DNA from: a virus | Direction: 5' to 3' (one strand) | IMG/VR virus record: IMGVR_UViG_3300033149_003715 | Coordinates: 1-64,000 of that record | DNA: 64,000 bases | Shown here: piece after piece, positions 37,401 through 46,823 of the stretch | How the letters are laid out: every line of letters starts with the position of its first letter | How positions within the stretch are numbered: the first letter of the stretch is position 1 | Translations under genes and position numbers: made by a program | Notes under the pieces: generated by a model | What the model was told of the DNA's origin: nothing | Database searches by the model: none | What the model saw: only the letters and a program-made list of their open reading frames with translations

Positions 37401-39190
37401 AATTTTTAACTACTTTACCAGAGGTTAACGAAATAAGTAAATTAACTGAAATACAAAAAGATCTAAATAAAACCTATAATAGATTAACAAAAGCAGCAAA
37501 TCGTGCTAATATTGAGTTATCGAGATCTATTAGATCTTTATCAAATATTTCTGTTCGTGCCCAACGTGCTATAAACGTTGGTAGTAATTATGCTTTGGCT
37601 AACCAAACAATTGCGACAAGATTGGGTGGAAATATTGCCATCGGTAGACCTTTGCAGAAAAATGTTTTTAGTGATATACGTCTTAGATCTTATGGAGAAT
37701 TGTTTAGATCTTTTGGTAGATTGCAAGAGGGATTAGGGGTTTCTACCGCAGATATTCGAGATTCTTTATTGGGTGGTCTTAAAGCTAGAAGAACGATTGA
37801 AAAATCTATGTTAGATTTAAAACGCGGGCGTTCTTCTCGTTTTATAACAAAAATTGGAGAGTTACCAATAGATAAACATTTAAAAGAAATGCTTACTAAT
37901 ACGTTTAAAAAATTAACACTTGGGGGAAAAGAAGAACAAGAAGTTTTAAAGATACTTACAGATGAAATTGTAAATCCTTTTATTGATGTATCATTAAATG
38001 CTGCTCGTTCACTACAAGACGGTTTAAATCAAGCAAACGAAAGATATATACAAGCCGTTGAAAATCAAGCAAGAATACAGGCTAATATTAATACAAGAAT
38101 TGCTAATGTTGCTAATTTGCGAATACAACAAAGAAATGTACGTACCACTTTGTTTGGTGGCAGGCTAACTATGAGAGATGTTGAAACTCCATTGAGTGCT
38201 CAAATACGTGCATTAACTGGGCTTAGAACAAATACTATTGCATTTAATCCAAAAACTGGATATACTATGAATGATTTTAATAATCTAGTATCTAGAATTA
38301 ATGAAAGGATAACTAAATTACAAGAAAGAAGAACAGCTATTGAATCTAGATTACAAGATGGAATATCTAAACAAGAATCTATGAATATGATACGGGAACT
38401 TGGTTCATTAGAAACACAGTTAAAAAATCATAGAAATGCTTTGGAATTATTAGCTACAAATACTGATAAGTTAGCTTTTATACAGAACAGATTAGTAGAA
38501 ATAGAACAACAAAGACAAAGAATTCGTGGAGGATTATTAGGTATTTTACAAATGGGACCAGAAGAAATCCAACGTGCTATATTTGGACAGTTAGCAATTG
38601 CACAAGTTAGACGAACTGGTCAATATCCAGAAACACACATGGGATTTCAAAGATTATTTACTGGTATACAAGGTTTAGAACCATTTCTTACGCAGGAAGA
38701 ACAAGAACTAGCTTATACTCGCATTTTAAAAGCATTTTTTACCCAAATGGGCATTAAACCTGGACCAAGATTGGGTGCGGGATTACAAATGCGTGGACAG
38801 GGAATAGAAGAACAAAGACTTGCCGCACAATTACAGCAGGCACAGGAAGTAATGTTAAGGGCAACTAATTTGACTATTCAATTAGATCAAAAAGATCTTA
38901 TAATTCATGCTAATAATTCACGTATTCAATTAAATACCACAAGAGAGGCTTTACAAGAAGCGGTGCAAGGACAAGTTGGAATAAATCAGATACAAGCAGA
39001 TCGTTTAGAAGGTACAGTAAGACATATGCATGAAATTAATATAAATGGTGCCCAGATTTTAAGTGATATTAACCAGGAAATTGCTATGAATGTTAAAAAA
39101 GGTGTTAGTGAAGTTATACGTCGAAGAACTAATCCGGTTGATAATGAACCTTTAGACGGTTTTGATTTTACCCAAGAGCTTGTAACGTAA
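34403..39190 (+). CDS. Tape measure protein
   Basis: 1595 aa; TP901-type TMP core (EFQKEMTKVAQITG...GLRTIFARL), GGLIPGSGNKDSIPALLTPGEFVI motif, long helical and G-rich stretches. Confidence 0.9.
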   Translation: MADFQLTGKLIIGGVDTKLARAQIARDFAGIKVPSDVLNTYQKLNTNIGALNDTLTKSKAPLRNVKKGVQEVRDEIAEFGRVSGLAIRRYTGFVVATAATFGLFRKITGAIGNAIEFQKEMTKVAQITGKSTRSLVGLTNEIGRLSTTFGVSSQELVGVAKLLTQTGLSASKTQVALQALSKAALLPTFSDLTQATEGAIAILSQFRDEARGTSLDAKNLEEVFGAMNAIAGRFAVEMGDLITVIRKTGGIFTAASQGIGTPREQLEQLLALFTAVRSTTRESAETIAVGLRTIFARLQRSRTVDVLVEMGVKLRDAEDNFVGVYEALRRISQKLGTLDPRSRQFFEIIQQLGGVRQIGKVIPLIQQFEKAEKALIVAQKGRLSVNDDIVKAQQTLANQIARTREEFEKLIREISETQTFKTLIELVLLTTRTFINLGRTIREALPFLTVLGIVRGIPLAKRFLNVQRGFFGGMRGHLGQATGGLIPGSGNKDSIPALLTPGEFVINKKSVSKIGLTNLKMLNQFGKGGLVHFADGGSLEKKLRDIHGRTLENITARSVARSMVKGSGLKSLVRVQQLEQKLIEEDPIKRLTNLARRSTEAAKSKVVARTGIGKKRVPFESISPSTLYGLISSDIKPKQSIKPLPTLPVFPQEKQFEYIYSTARKELQIFTKDTRATTVAMKRFWKKIESGVSTTGAYTEALRTAETFQRKAGRRGGIGGGGGLLRGVGRGINRLRNINPVAGLLAVPFLQAGITQIAGERAGQVTGGVIGGAATGFALGGGPIGAAIGGVLGLFSSLSDNTQDLINIQNELIRSTTKIDDAFTKFTQKNDIRVFGSTDIAKGGKLRFQALAAEESSLLFGTPKSVSDVAFERSTGGIFGKTGFLSLSIAGLAEEMVTGSSKILENQQKEIGKEQERIVNELRTPEVIQTGEKALGALEQFLQKSGDLESFIKLRGRQRLGARNLATQIVGAFGTVKQRKTLIDLQAQGKVQLAGEKALEFLTTLPEVNEISKLTEIQKDLNKTYNRLTKAANRANIELSRSIRSLSNISVRAQRAINVGSNYALANQTIATRLGGNIAIGRPLQKNVFSDIRLRSYGELFRSFGRLQEGLGVSTADIRDSLLGGLKARRTIEKSMLDLKRGRSSRFITKIGELPIDKHLKEMLTNTFKKLTLGGKEEQEVLKILTDEIVNPFIDVSLNAARSLQDGLNQANERYIQAVENQARIQANINTRIANVANLRIQQRNVRTTLFGGRLTMRDVETPLSAQIRALTGLRTNTIAFNPKTGYTMNDFNNLVSRINERITKLQERRTAIESRLQDGISKQESMNMIRELGSLETQLKNHRNALELLATNTDKLAFIQNRLVEIEQQRQRIRGGLLGILQMGPEEIQRAIFGQLAIAQVRRTGQYPETHMGFQRLFTGIQGLEPFLTQEEQELAYTRILKAFFTQMGIKPGPRLGAGLQMRGQGIEEQRLAAQLQQAQEVMLRATNLTIQLDQKDLIIHANNSRIQLNTTREALQEAVQGQVGINQIQADRLEGTVRHMHEININGAQILSDINQEIAMNVKKGVSEVIRRRTNPVDNEPLDGFDFTQELVT

Positions 39191-39206
39191 TGTAAGGAGA
39201 AATAGT

Positions 39207-40691
39207 GTGGGTACAGAAATGACATATGGTTCATACCATTTCTCGCCAGTACCATTGGTTACCATCAATAAGATATATCAAAAATCTGACGGTGGTGTAA
39301 AATTAGGTACGCTATATCGCATGACGTTAGATGGTGTACTAACACCATTACCTGATGATGATACTGGTATAATTAATGTGATGCCGTTGCAGGATGATTT
39401 ACGTACTGCATTTGCACAGGAAGGTTGTCCATTTGGTATTGCTTGTGATGGCAATGTATTATGGACTGGGCATCCACGAATTAATAATATTACACTTAAT
39501 CGTACTAATAATAATTGGGTAGAAACCACAGCGTTCACTATTGAATTAGAATTTGATGATGAACCTACTGGTGCCGGAGAAGATGATAGTTTAGATTATA
39601 TTGAAAGTGCTAATGAACAATGGAATTTAGAATTTCTGGATGATAGATCATACTTCACATTAGAACTACCTGGCAACGTTACAGACCCGGGACCATACGT
39701 TTTACGTGTATCACATCAATTATCCGCTAAGGGAAAAACTCACTACAATTCTTGTGATAATGTACCATTGCCAGCATGGAAAGTTGCTGAAAATTTTGTG
39801 CAAAATAGACTTGGTTTTGATAATAATCATTTAGAAGCAACAGGTGTGGTTAATTTTGATATTAGTAATTTTGGTAAATACAATCATATGAGGACACGAC
39901 AAGCAGATGAATTAGCTGGGACTTTTAGTGTTACTGAAAATTGGCTTGTAATAAGCACTGGTGTTAATACTCCAAGCGAAAACGCATTGGAAGATTTTAC
40001 TATGGATGTACGTAAAGGTATTACGGATCCATTTACACAAATTACTATTAATGGTACCATTCAAGGATTAGAGACACGCACTTATGAGCCAACCCTTAAT
40101 ATAACAGAAAGTAAATATGCTGCTGCATCTGGTTATTGGAATGTTGTTCAAAATAGATTGTATAATCGTGTTCAATTAGCGGCAAGTGGTGTAGCTGTAC
40201 GAACAATTAATACCACTCCAGTTTCAGAAGTAATCACACATAGTCCTAGTCGTGGTACTATTGCTTATAGTTATAGCTATGATGATAGACCAAGTAATTG
40301 TATTGCTGGAGCCCTGTCTGAATCTATAGAAATTGTAGATAATAATCCAACAGATGTAATGGCCCGCTTAACTGTATTGGGTAGAGCAGTTGGACCAATT
40401 TTACAAGATATTAATACCATTACAGAATCTTCCAGAGATATTGCTATTGAAGTTGTTACAAATCCAGCAACTGGATATGATAGTGCAACAGATTTATTAA
40501 ATACAGGCGGTGTAGCAACACAAGTTGAATCATTATTATGTGAATTTCAAACCAATTTGACTAATACATATAACCAAGTATTCAAAACGACAGACAATGA
40601 ACGCTGGAATCCTAAAACCGGCAGATATTCTAGGAATGTAAGGTTTGTATATCAGGATTGTGATATCATAAATGATACATCACTATGTTAA
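39207..40691 (+). CDS. Distal tail / baseplate hub protein
   Basis: Follows TMP, AAGGAG RBS, beta-rich. Confidence 0.6.
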   Translation: MGTEMTYGSYHFSPVPLVTINKIYQKSDGGVKLGTLYRMTLDGVLTPLPDDDTGIINVMPLQDDLRTAFAQEGCPFGIACDGNVLWTGHPRINNITLNRTNNNWVETTAFTIELEFDDEPTGAGEDDSLDYIESANEQWNLEFLDDRSYFTLELPGNVTDPGPYVLRVSHQLSAKGKTHYNSCDNVPLPAWKVAENFVQNRLGFDNNHLEATGVVNFDISNFGKYNHMRTRQADELAGTFSVTENWLVISTGVNTPSENALEDFTMDVRKGITDPFTQITINGTIQGLETRTYEPTLNITESKYAAASGYWNVVQNRLYNRVQLAASGVAVRTINTTPVSEVITHSPSRGTIAYSYSYDDRPSNCIAGALSESIEIVDNNPTDVMARLTVLGRAVGPILQDINTITESSRDIAIEVVTNPATGYDSATDLLNTGGVATQVESLLCEFQTNLTNTYNQVFKTTDNERWNPKTGRYSRNVRFVYQDCDIINDTSLC

Positions 40692-40705
40692 TATAGGAGA
40701 AAGCT

Positions 40706-43700
40706 GTGGGTAATCAGTCTGGGTATAGTCTAACCATTGATAAATTACGGCGAGATGAATATGCATCATTAACACCAGAACAATATGCTGCTATTTTGGG
40801 AGAAAATTGTTTAACTGGTGCTACTTTTGGTCCATATCATCAAACGCTTTTTTTGGGTTGTAGTGTACGATCTTTTACGGCTACAGTTGGTTGGAACGAG
40901 CAAATTGGCCAATTAACTGTAAATTTGGTTCGTGATCCATGTGCATCATCAGATGGTAAAGATTATTGGGATGAAGATTTAAAGGTACAGTCATGGTATG
41001 ATGCTGATCCAGGATTTGTCGGATTAAGTTATGATATTATAGGATGTCCGGCAATGTTTCGTGTACAGAATTTTGAATTTTCTGGTCTAATACAATCTTG
41101 GACTGAACAAAAATCTGAATCTGGTAATCCAGTATATACAGTACAATTGGTTGATCCACGCAGCATTTTAGAAGGTGCTCGTGTTATTACTGGGGATTAT
41201 GCTGGTGCTATTTTGGGTAATGGTTGGGATGCTAATACTGGACCATATAACTTAATTAATGTATTTGGATTTATGGAAGCTTTTGGTATAGATTGTCCGC
41301 AGACATATTTGGATACTTTAACTACTGAAAGCCTATTACCAAATGAAGATAAATACCTTTTCGGGGATGGTGGGCCAGATGGTGCTATTTTTGGTACACC
41401 GTCTGGTGGATATGGGGGAGCTAGAACTAACCGTAATGGCATGCAATGGTTACGTGTTATTACTGGCTTGAATATACTATTAAATTCTATTCCTATTTCA
41501 ACAGATCCAGCAGTACAAAAATATTCGCCATATGGTCGCTTGGTGTTTCGCGGCATTAATCGTGCAGATGTAAGTAATATTGGCGGTTTTGGGTTAATGG
41601 GGCATGATAGAACAGATATTCTTGGACCTTTTACTGGTTTACCATCTACACGTTATTTGTCTGATTACTTTGTTGATTTATCAGAGTTACCCACACCGCC
41701 CGCATATTGGAGAATTAATGGAAATAATATTTCAATTTTGGAAATGATTTCCAGTATTTGCGAAGATGCAGGTTATGATTATTATATTGAATTAATACCT
41801 ATTCGCGGACTATCCTCATCATGGGCATCCAGTAATATTGCCAAAATAATTAAAATTAGAACAGTTAGAAGGTTATCGCAACCATCTTTAGGACAAATTT
41901 CTAATTTTATTGATAATGCTGAGGGTAGTTTAAATACTAGTCGTGGGGTGGAATTACGTAACGAATTTACATCATCTTTTGTTGTAGGAGGAAAAAAACA
42001 AACTCTTTACCAAATAGAGCAAGATACTAATCCTGAGGATGGTGATGAACCAGATCCACCCGAACAAAACGATATTATCGTACCGTTTTTTGGGTTGGAC
42101 GCCAATGAAGATGCTATTATTCCTACTAAAGATGATTTTGGATATTGGCAATTTGAGGCACCAACAGCCAATATTAACTTTAATTTACAAATTTTAGAAT
42201 TTCCCGATACAACTGCTACAATCAATGAACAAGAATTATTGGCAGCATTATCCGGTTATGATTCATGGTTAACATGGGTAGCTTACACAAATACTGACAC
42301 CGGACAATTAATTAATCTAAATATAGAAGGCGGTGGTCCAGTTTGGTCTCCTGCAAATTTTATTAAGATTCTTAAGAATAATGTACTACAAAAAGGTGAA
42401 TTTAAAGCAAGAGATTTTGTTAACTTAATGAATGGAGTTAACGCATTTATTAATGTTGTACAAGGAGATCCTGCAACTGTTTTGCAAGAAGATATGCAGT
42501 TGTTATATAATTGGGTGCATACTTATGCTAGTGAATATTATGGTAAAAAGTTTATGGTGCGAATACCCTATACTTGTGCTAGGATAGATGATGAGAGTGG
42601 TAATATTTTAACAAGCGAACAACCATCTGATGGTGGTTGGACAGATCAATTATTTGTACTTGGGTTAGCGGTCAGTAATACATTGTTGGAATTTTTTAAA
42701 CTTGAAGACGGTAGATATGGTACATTTGTAAGAATGGATAATGCGAATAGTTTGTATTCCGCAGAATTAGATCCACAAGATTACGGAATTGTGTCAAAAT
42801 ATGTTCATTCTGATCCATTTAGTGACGCACTTTTTGTCAAAGCCACATGCGACGAGGAATTTGTTTATGTCGATAAAGCTACCAGAACAAGTCCTCGTGT
42901 AGTAATTACTCTACCAGCTAGAGTTTCTCATATACAAAATGGTGGTAGACCATTTAGAAGTGTTAGACTACTTTATGAATTAATTAAGTATAATTTAGCG
43001 AAACATTCTGAGTCCGTCGATACTGGTACTGATACAATTACAGCAACGGCACATGGTTTAGAAAATGATACTGAGATTGTTTTGGAGTCTTTAAAGGATT
43101 TGCCAGCACCGTTGGAAAAAAATACTAAATATTTTGTTGTACAAAAAACTGATGATACTTTTAAGGTAAGTACTACTAAAGGTGGACCACCTGTTGATTT
43201 AACAACCGAGGGTGATGCTTTTAGGATTGTTGAATTTAAAAATATTGAGTTGATTGATCGTATATTTAAAGATGTTGGTGCTAAAGAAGCTATAGCACCT
43301 ATGGAATGGCCATCAGTTGTACCCGATGCTGTTGCGTGTGGGATTCAAAGTAATGTAATGACTTACGGACCTTGGGTAACAGAAGGGCCAGTGGGACAAA
43401 TACGTGTCGATATTGATCCTGGCTTAGTACCTTGGGAATATGGTGGATTTACTACTATGAACTTGGCTGGGCAATCAAAAGCTGATGAAGGCATTACATA
43501 TATGCAGGTTGGTGAACGTGGTAGTATTACCGTACCTGGATATCCTGTTATACCATTAGGTGCAGAATTGGGGGCCGTTAGTGGTGGATTTTTTGGTGCT
43601 GGGACTAATCTTATAGAAAATAGAATGACTAGTACGAACAATTTTAGTGAAACTTGGGCTAATGGTGTTGGTATATTTTCTGTAACATATGGACTTTTTG

Positions 43701-45619
43701 AGTACAGCGGTAAATGGACGGGTATTTATGGTCCTAATGTAACTGATATTACTGTTACCGTTGCTCCACAAGGAGTACAAACATCATATACAATGAGAAC
43801 ATATACGCCTAGACATGGACGTTTTACACGTAATAATGCTGAACGATTGAAAGCAATCGGACAGAATAATCTTAAAATACAACGTGCGTTTAATCGAGCT
43901 TTAATAAATAAATTTAATTTAACTACTGCAAGTGCCACCAAACAAGCTCGTATTCAAGCTATAAGGGATTTTGGTAAAGCTTTATCTTCTGATAAAAGTC
44001 CACATGAAGTTTTGGTTGGTGAAGTATCAGTTATTAATAGTGGTTTTGCGGAAAATTTAAGAAGAACCACTATAGCAACTATGGAAATGAAAGAATTACC
44101 TGTAGAAACTTATAATGATACTGATGTTTATATACGTAAAGCGTTTATGAGTTTAGATGGTTTAATCAGGCCGGTTGCTACCGAGGCAATACCAGAAAGT
44201 AATTTACCAGGATATGTAAGTTCTGTACCAGAAGGTAATTTTAATAGAGGTAATGTACAGTATGCACAATCTCCAATATATACAGGAACTATTAACGATG
44301 ATAGTCCAGCATACTCTATGCTTATTGATATTGATTATTTAAACCCTTTTGCAAATGGTCCAAACTTTAGTGGAAGTGCTTTAAAAAATAGAGTTGTATC
44401 TGAAAGTGATTATGTTGGACATGATATAGATATTTTAGGACATGGTGCTGGTGTTCCTAGATCAGAAGATCATTCATTAAGCGGTATGTCATTACCTATT
44501 GTTGGTTATAATGATACAGATGGTGCCAATTATGCCGATCATTACCGTATGTTTGCACTCCGTGGACCCATTCTTTTACATTCATGGGGATATGATCTGG
44601 ATGGTAAACCGGTTCCAAATGCTGCTGATTCAGAAGATGATGCTAGCAGTGGTATTTTTACTACTGGCAATTTAACAGATATGTTCTTATCTAAGTGGCT
44701 TAGAAAACCTCAAACTTGGCCAGTAGCTCCAGTTGATTTAAGGCTTGATAGAGCTAGGGGTGTTTGGGTTGCCCCCCAATCTTATCGTTTAATCTATGCT
44801 ACATTAGATGAGGCGTTAACTCCTGCTGATACTTCTGCATCTGCTACAATTAACGAACATAATATGCACTTGGCATTGTGGGATAAAGATGGTAACGAGA
44901 TGTCTGGAGGAAAAATAGAAGTAATAGATGTATTGGGTAACACATATGCTTCCGGTGATAAAGTAATAGCATATTATGACACTATTCAGTCTTCACATGC
45001 TTACCGTCCCAGATATGTTATTATTGATGCTACAAGGGATACTGGTACTACTATTAGAGCATTTAACACTTGTGTTGCTGAAAGTGGTATTTTTGATGGA
45101 AAGTTAACTCCTGCTTCAGGCGATTTTCCGCAAGCAAACAAAAAGACCTGGTTAATTGGTAACGGTTTAGCTGTTGTACCAACTGGTGATAATTTATTGT
45201 TAGATACCTATAATACAATTAAGAGCGTACCAACCGGATGTTTAGAAAGTGGTAATTTCATTGAAGATTCTCGTCGTTGGTCAAATTTAATTATTGGTCG
45301 AGGGTTAGGTGTTGATGATGGTGGAGGAACCGGAGAAAGTGGAACAAATTGTGATGTACGTATTGGTTTAAGTTTTTCGTTGGATGGATTACCAAATATT
45401 GCTGAAATTGAGTTAGATGATTGTTTGGTTGCTACAAGAGATGAAATTGACCCATGTGTGGCAACTATTGGTTTTGCTACAGGTATTAAGCCAGAAAGTG
45501 GTTCTGGTGATAGAATTTGGTATGTATCTAATGTTGAATGTAGTGGTACAGCACTTGTTGTAACTAAAAAATGGTTTGAATTTAGTGATTGTGGAACAAT
45601 TGTGGCAACTGGTGAATAA
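40706..45619 (+). CDS. Large tail tip / central fibre protein
   Basis: 1637 aa, after distal tail; hub-like N-terminus (ISSICEDAGYDYYIEL). Confidence 0.65.
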   Translation: MGNQSGYSLTIDKLRRDEYASLTPEQYAAILGENCLTGATFGPYHQTLFLGCSVRSFTATVGWNEQIGQLTVNLVRDPCASSDGKDYWDEDLKVQSWYDADPGFVGLSYDIIGCPAMFRVQNFEFSGLIQSWTEQKSESGNPVYTVQLVDPRSILEGARVITGDYAGAILGNGWDANTGPYNLINVFGFMEAFGIDCPQTYLDTLTTESLLPNEDKYLFGDGGPDGAIFGTPSGGYGGARTNRNGMQWLRVITGLNILLNSIPISTDPAVQKYSPYGRLVFRGINRADVSNIGGFGLMGHDRTDILGPFTGLPSTRYLSDYFVDLSELPTPPAYWRINGNNISILEMISSICEDAGYDYYIELIPIRGLSSSWASSNIAKIIKIRTVRRLSQPSLGQISNFIDNAEGSLNTSRGVELRNEFTSSFVVGGKKQTLYQIEQDTNPEDGDEPDPPEQNDIIVPFFGLDANEDAIIPTKDDFGYWQFEAPTANINFNLQILEFPDTTATINEQELLAALSGYDSWLTWVAYTNTDTGQLINLNIEGGGPVWSPANFIKILKNNVLQKGEFKARDFVNLMNGVNAFINVVQGDPATVLQEDMQLLYNWVHTYASEYYGKKFMVRIPYTCARIDDESGNILTSEQPSDGGWTDQLFVLGLAVSNTLLEFFKLEDGRYGTFVRMDNANSLYSAELDPQDYGIVSKYVHSDPFSDALFVKATCDEEFVYVDKATRTSPRVVITLPARVSHIQNGGRPFRSVRLLYELIKYNLAKHSESVDTGTDTITATAHGLENDTEIVLESLKDLPAPLEKNTKYFVVQKTDDTFKVSTTKGGPPVDLTTEGDAFRIVEFKNIELIDRIFKDVGAKEAIAPMEWPSVVPDAVACGIQSNVMTYGPWVTEGPVGQIRVDIDPGLVPWEYGGFTTMNLAGQSKADEGITYMQVGERGSITVPGYPVIPLGAELGAVSGGFFGAGTNLIENRMTSTNNFSETWANGVGIFSVTYGLFEYSGKWTGIYGPNVTDITVTVAPQGVQTSYTMRTYTPRHGRFTRNNAERLKAIGQNNLKIQRAFNRALINKFNLTTASATKQARIQAIRDFGKALSSDKSPHEVLVGEVSVINSGFAENLRRTTIATMEMKELPVETYNDTDVYIRKAFMSLDGLIRPVATEAIPESNLPGYVSSVPEGNFNRGNVQYAQSPIYTGTINDDSPAYSMLIDIDYLNPFANGPNFSGSALKNRVVSESDYVGHDIDILGHGAGVPRSEDHSLSGMSLPIVGYNDTDGANYADHYRMFALRGPILLHSWGYDLDGKPVPNAADSEDDASSGIFTTGNLTDMFLSKWLRKPQTWPVAPVDLRLDRARGVWVAPQSYRLIYATLDEALTPADTSASATINEHNMHLALWDKDGNEMSGGKIEVIDVLGNTYASGDKVIAYYDTIQSSHAYRPRYVIIDATRDTGTTIRAFNTCVAESGIFDGKLTPASGDFPQANKKTWLIGNGLAVVPTGDNLLLDTYNTIKSVPTGCLESGNFIEDSRRWSNLIIGRGLGVDDGGGTGESGTNCDVRIGLSFSLDGLPNIAEIELDDCLVATRDEIDPCVATIGFATGIKPESGSGDRIWYVSNVECSGTALVVTKKWFEFSDCGTIVATGE

Positions 45620-45621
45620 CA

Positions 45622-46086
45622 ATGAAAATAATTGCTGGTAGTTGTTGTTGTGATTTTTGTGAATTTTGTAATGCAACACCTACGACAGTTCGATTGGTTT
45701 TTGGTGGTATAGCTGATGGTTCTTGTGGAGGTTGCAGTGAATTTAATGATGGTGGTGGTGGACCTGGTGATGGTGGTTTTACACTAACACGGGTTGAAGG
45801 TGAAACCTGTGTGTGGTTTTTATCCTTTGATGAAGCAGAAATAACATGTTATAGCGTTGAAGATGAGCAAGCTGGATTTTATGCGGAATTAGATGAAAAC
45901 GGATGGATCATTACAATCTTAGGTAATGAAGGTGGCGATTTATACACAATAGCTGAATGGACTCAGGTTTCAGTATTTAATAACAATTGTTTGGAAAGTT
46001 TAAGCGGCACCGATATATCATTGGATAGTGCAGATAACACAATATGTAATTTTAGTAATGCTGCATTATCTGTTTTTCCTAATTAA
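45622..46086 (+). CDS. Cys-rich acidic tail-associated protein
   Basis: CCCDFCEFC N-terminus. Confidence 0.55.
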   Translation: MKIIAGSCCCDFCEFCNATPTTVRLVFGGIADGSCGGCSEFNDGGGGPGDGGFTLTRVEGETCVWFLSFDEAEITCYSVEDEQAGFYAELDENGWIITILGNEGGDLYTIAEWTQVSVFNNNCLESLSGTDISLDSADNTICNFSNAALSVFPN

Positions 46087-46100
46087 GTAGAGAGAGTATT

Positions 46101-46487
46101 ATGGGCAAGTACGTTCAAGGACTTTTAGTAAAATCTAGGCAGAAATTACAAAAAGCTAATACTAAACCGCCAACATTACCTAAACGTGTAAGTTCGTATA
46201 TTCAGGAAAGATTAGCATGGTTAAAAAAAGGAAAACCAGTACGTCCACAGCAAGAAATTGAATATATTTTTAATAAATTTTGTAAACCTTGTAAATATTA
46301 TAACGGTAAATTATGTAGTATTTGTGGATGTTATGTAAATGATGGAAATACTCTTAATAAAATATTGTGGGCAACAACTCGATGTCCTGACAATCCACCA
46401 AAATGGATTGAGTATAACGAAAAAAAAGATCTACCACAAAAAAAACCAAAGAAAAAAAGAAAACGTGGTAGATGTTGTAAAAAATAG
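46101..46487 (+). CDS. Cys-rich basic protein (CxxC..CxxCGC..K..W...CP...KW)
   Basis: Motif visible; last + strand gene before the convergence point. Confidence 0.6.
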   Translation: MGKYVQGLLVKSRQKLQKANTKPPTLPKRVSSYIQERLAWLKKGKPVRPQQEIEYIFNKFCKPCKYYNGKLCSICGCYVNDGNTLNKILWATTRCPDNPPKWIEYNEKKDLPQKKPKKKRKRGRCCKK

Positions 46488-46488
46488 A

Positions 46489-46821
46489 CTATTCCATTTG
46501 TTGTGTATTTTTATTCCATTTTACCCAACCACGATTATTAAGCCAATTACCTTGATTGTCTTTTCGCTTGGGAAAAATACTACCACCCACCTTGTGAACA
46601 CCAAATTGTAATTTTGCTTGACATGTGATACATTGTAATTCGTAATATTTATTGCCGTCAACTGTTCTGACTACGTACTTTAAATTTTCTGATTGACATT
46701 TACCACATTTTGTTTCTCCAAATACTTCTTGGAAATTGTGTAATTTTTCAAAAACATCAACAATCTTTGTAGCTTCTAATTCTACATTCATTTTGGGATT
46801 TACTTGATAATGTACTTTCAT
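46489..46821 (-). CDS. Zn-ribbon protein
   Basis: CGKC...CITC; start set at MKVHY after AAAGGA. Confidence 0.65.
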   Translation of the reverse strand: MKVHYQVNPKMNVELEATKIVDVFEKLHNFQEVFGETKCGKCQSENLKYVVRTVDGNKYYELQCITCQAKLQFGVHKVGGSIFPKRKDNQGNWLNNRGWVKWNKNTQQME

Positions 46822-46823
46822 AA

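Noticed and set aside
732-45679. Numerous short antisense and alternate-frame ORFs in the ORF track (e.g. 19985-20413, 21739-22203, 41197-41556)
   Set aside because: They are shadows of long coding genes, with no RBS or recognisable motifs.
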